Shown: positions 62,890-64,000 of the stretch, piece by piece | Numbering within the stretch: position 1 is the first letter of the stretch | How the letters are laid out: the number at the start of each line of letters is the position of its first letter | Source of the DNA: Mobula hypostoma | Lineage: Eukaryota | DNA length: 64,000 bases | Assembly (NCBI RefSeq): GCF_963921235.1 | Contig: NC_086097.1 | Location: forward strand, 223,264,001-223,328,000 | Direction of reading: 5' to 3' | Translations under genes and position numbers: made by a program | Notes under the pieces: model-generated | What the model was told of the DNA's origin: nothing | The model's input: the letters and a program-made list of their open reading frames with translations, nothing else | Database searches by the model: none

Positions 62890-63290
62890 TCTGCAGGTTA
62901 GATGAGTGGTGGTTGTCCATTATGGCTGGCGATACAAGAAACCCGTGCAGGAGAGTTTTTAAAGTGGAAAAGTCATTGCACTGAGGCAGTTCCACTCTCT
63001 CAGCTTCAGAAGTCCATGTCCAATGGTACGAACAAGTGTCACAAACTGGGGTCTTCTTGTCATGTCCTTCGCTCTCCATGGACCATGGCAGCACCACCTT
63101 CCGAACCATCAGATCTCCATGGGAGCTGACCTCGCATGCAAGGACAGGCATGTCCCTATCTCACTGGGGTATAAGGCCACCGGCTACCCTCGCCTGTTGA
63201 AGCAGTGAAGCAGGGCGTGGCCACTGTCATATGCAAACAGCTACCTGGAGACACAGCTGAGACCTAATGAGTATGATGAGAGGTTAGATG
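62890..63290 (-). mobile_element. Probable RTE-type 5' UTR fragment
   Basis: GC-richer block loosely similar to the 5' UTR of the RTE at 12128-12950; judged by eye only. Confidence 0.4.
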
Positions 63291-63962
63291 AGCACTCAAG
63301 TCAAAAAATAGTGTTTGTCCATTCACACAATTAAAACCTATTATAATTTGCATTTGCCAAAGGTTATTTACAGTGTTCCTTCAGCTGAGCCCATTTATCT
63401 TGCTCCTTCTAGGTTAAAGTTTGCGCATGTTGCTAATTTAATTGCACTTTAAAAATGTCGGAGCTCTTTTGCATTTTGCTAAAACACACAACTTTGTGCT
63501 ATCATCATCCCTAAATCCATCCCAATAATCTGTAAACCCCAAAATCAAAGTAACCATGTTGATCCTTCATCAGCTGCTTTCTCCTGTTCCTGCTTCTGGA
63601 ATAAAGATAGCACATGGGCTATTTTCCAGTCTGTCTTAATTTCCATATTTAGATAAATCTGTAAAGATGTTGAAAGCTGCAAGCTTTCTTATCTGTGTTG
63701 CTTGCATTTTATAGTATGAGCAAGATACTTTCACTTTCAGTCATTCATTTAATCCATTGGGACCATGTTAGCTATTTGAAATTTTAATTTAAATCCCACA
63801 GCAATGCATAGGAAGCAAATACTACTAGGATATACAAATTTAAAAAAAGAAACATCCGCGTGTAGAGATCCTATACTTTTAAAAGTTACTAATAATAACT
63901 TAAATCAAGCCAGATGCACACAATTAGTTACAAATGGAGAACTGGGTTCCTTCTTCCCTCAC

Positions 63963-64000
63963 CCTCCAACCCTACAAGGAGTAAAGATTCCAGAAAGCTG
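63963..64000 (-). pseudogene. Candidate exon cut by the window edge (SFLESLLLVGLE)
   Basis: Donor GAGG|gtgagg. Peptide loosely resembles GREB1 SLPDHLLVCAVD. Phase does not cleanly match the next exon. Confidence 0.3.

Larger units (their letters stand above)
10759..64000 (-). pseudogene. Divergent GREB1-family gene (circularly permuted SF2-like region plus C-terminal TAGT glycosyltransferase-like region), multi-exon and pseudogenised; 5' end lies beyond the window
   Basis: Manually traced minus-strand exons with AG/GT boundaries. More than 10 colinear motif matches to recalled human GREB1, e.g. LTVLIHD~LFVLIHD, QFLAKVLSSML~QFLSVLSRML, FIVMKQ~FSVMKK, LEFFL~LEKFL, HNCLIIECYIHV~HPVLSVDCYLNL, HLVKGA~HFLKGA. 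Many in-frame stops and frameshifts. Family call is not from a database search. Confidence 0.75.

Noticed and set aside
63560..63660. Additional minus-strand exon (TDWKIAHVLSLFQKQ)
   Set aside because: Matches the CR1 RT motif DWKIANVTPLFKK, so it is an ancient LINE remnant.
10759..64000. Assigning the symbol GREB1 or GREB1L
   Set aside because: Similarity is limited to scattered motifs, far below that expected for a vertebrate ortholog, so the symbol is left empty.

Overview
Eukaryotic, AT-rich, repeat-dense vertebrate DNA. The repeat set (CR1, RTE, Rex1-like, Penelope-derived, V-SINE, Tc1, Tigger) suggests a cartilaginous fish, probably a ray; this is an inference. Nearly all long ORFs in the supplied track are transposon-derived. 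Between the repeats I traced by hand a minus-strand multi-exon gene of about 19 candidate exons, from the right edge of the window down to about 10.76 kb. It has canonical AG/GT splice sites and six consecutive phase-consistent junctions. Its conceptual protein matches human GREB1 (recalled from memory, no search run) motif by motif and in order, but at low identity. It therefore looks like a very divergent extra GREB1-family paralog rather than GREB1 or GREB1L. It is disabled by nonsense codons, frameshifts and TE insertions in its largest exon, so I call it a unitary pseudogene. Other notable items: a full-length RTE LINE with TSD interrupted by a Rex1-like insertion, a Penelope fragment with a textbook minimal hammerhead ribozyme, foldback Penelope-derived elements, and an in-frame CR1-ORF1/RTE-type ORF2 chimera.
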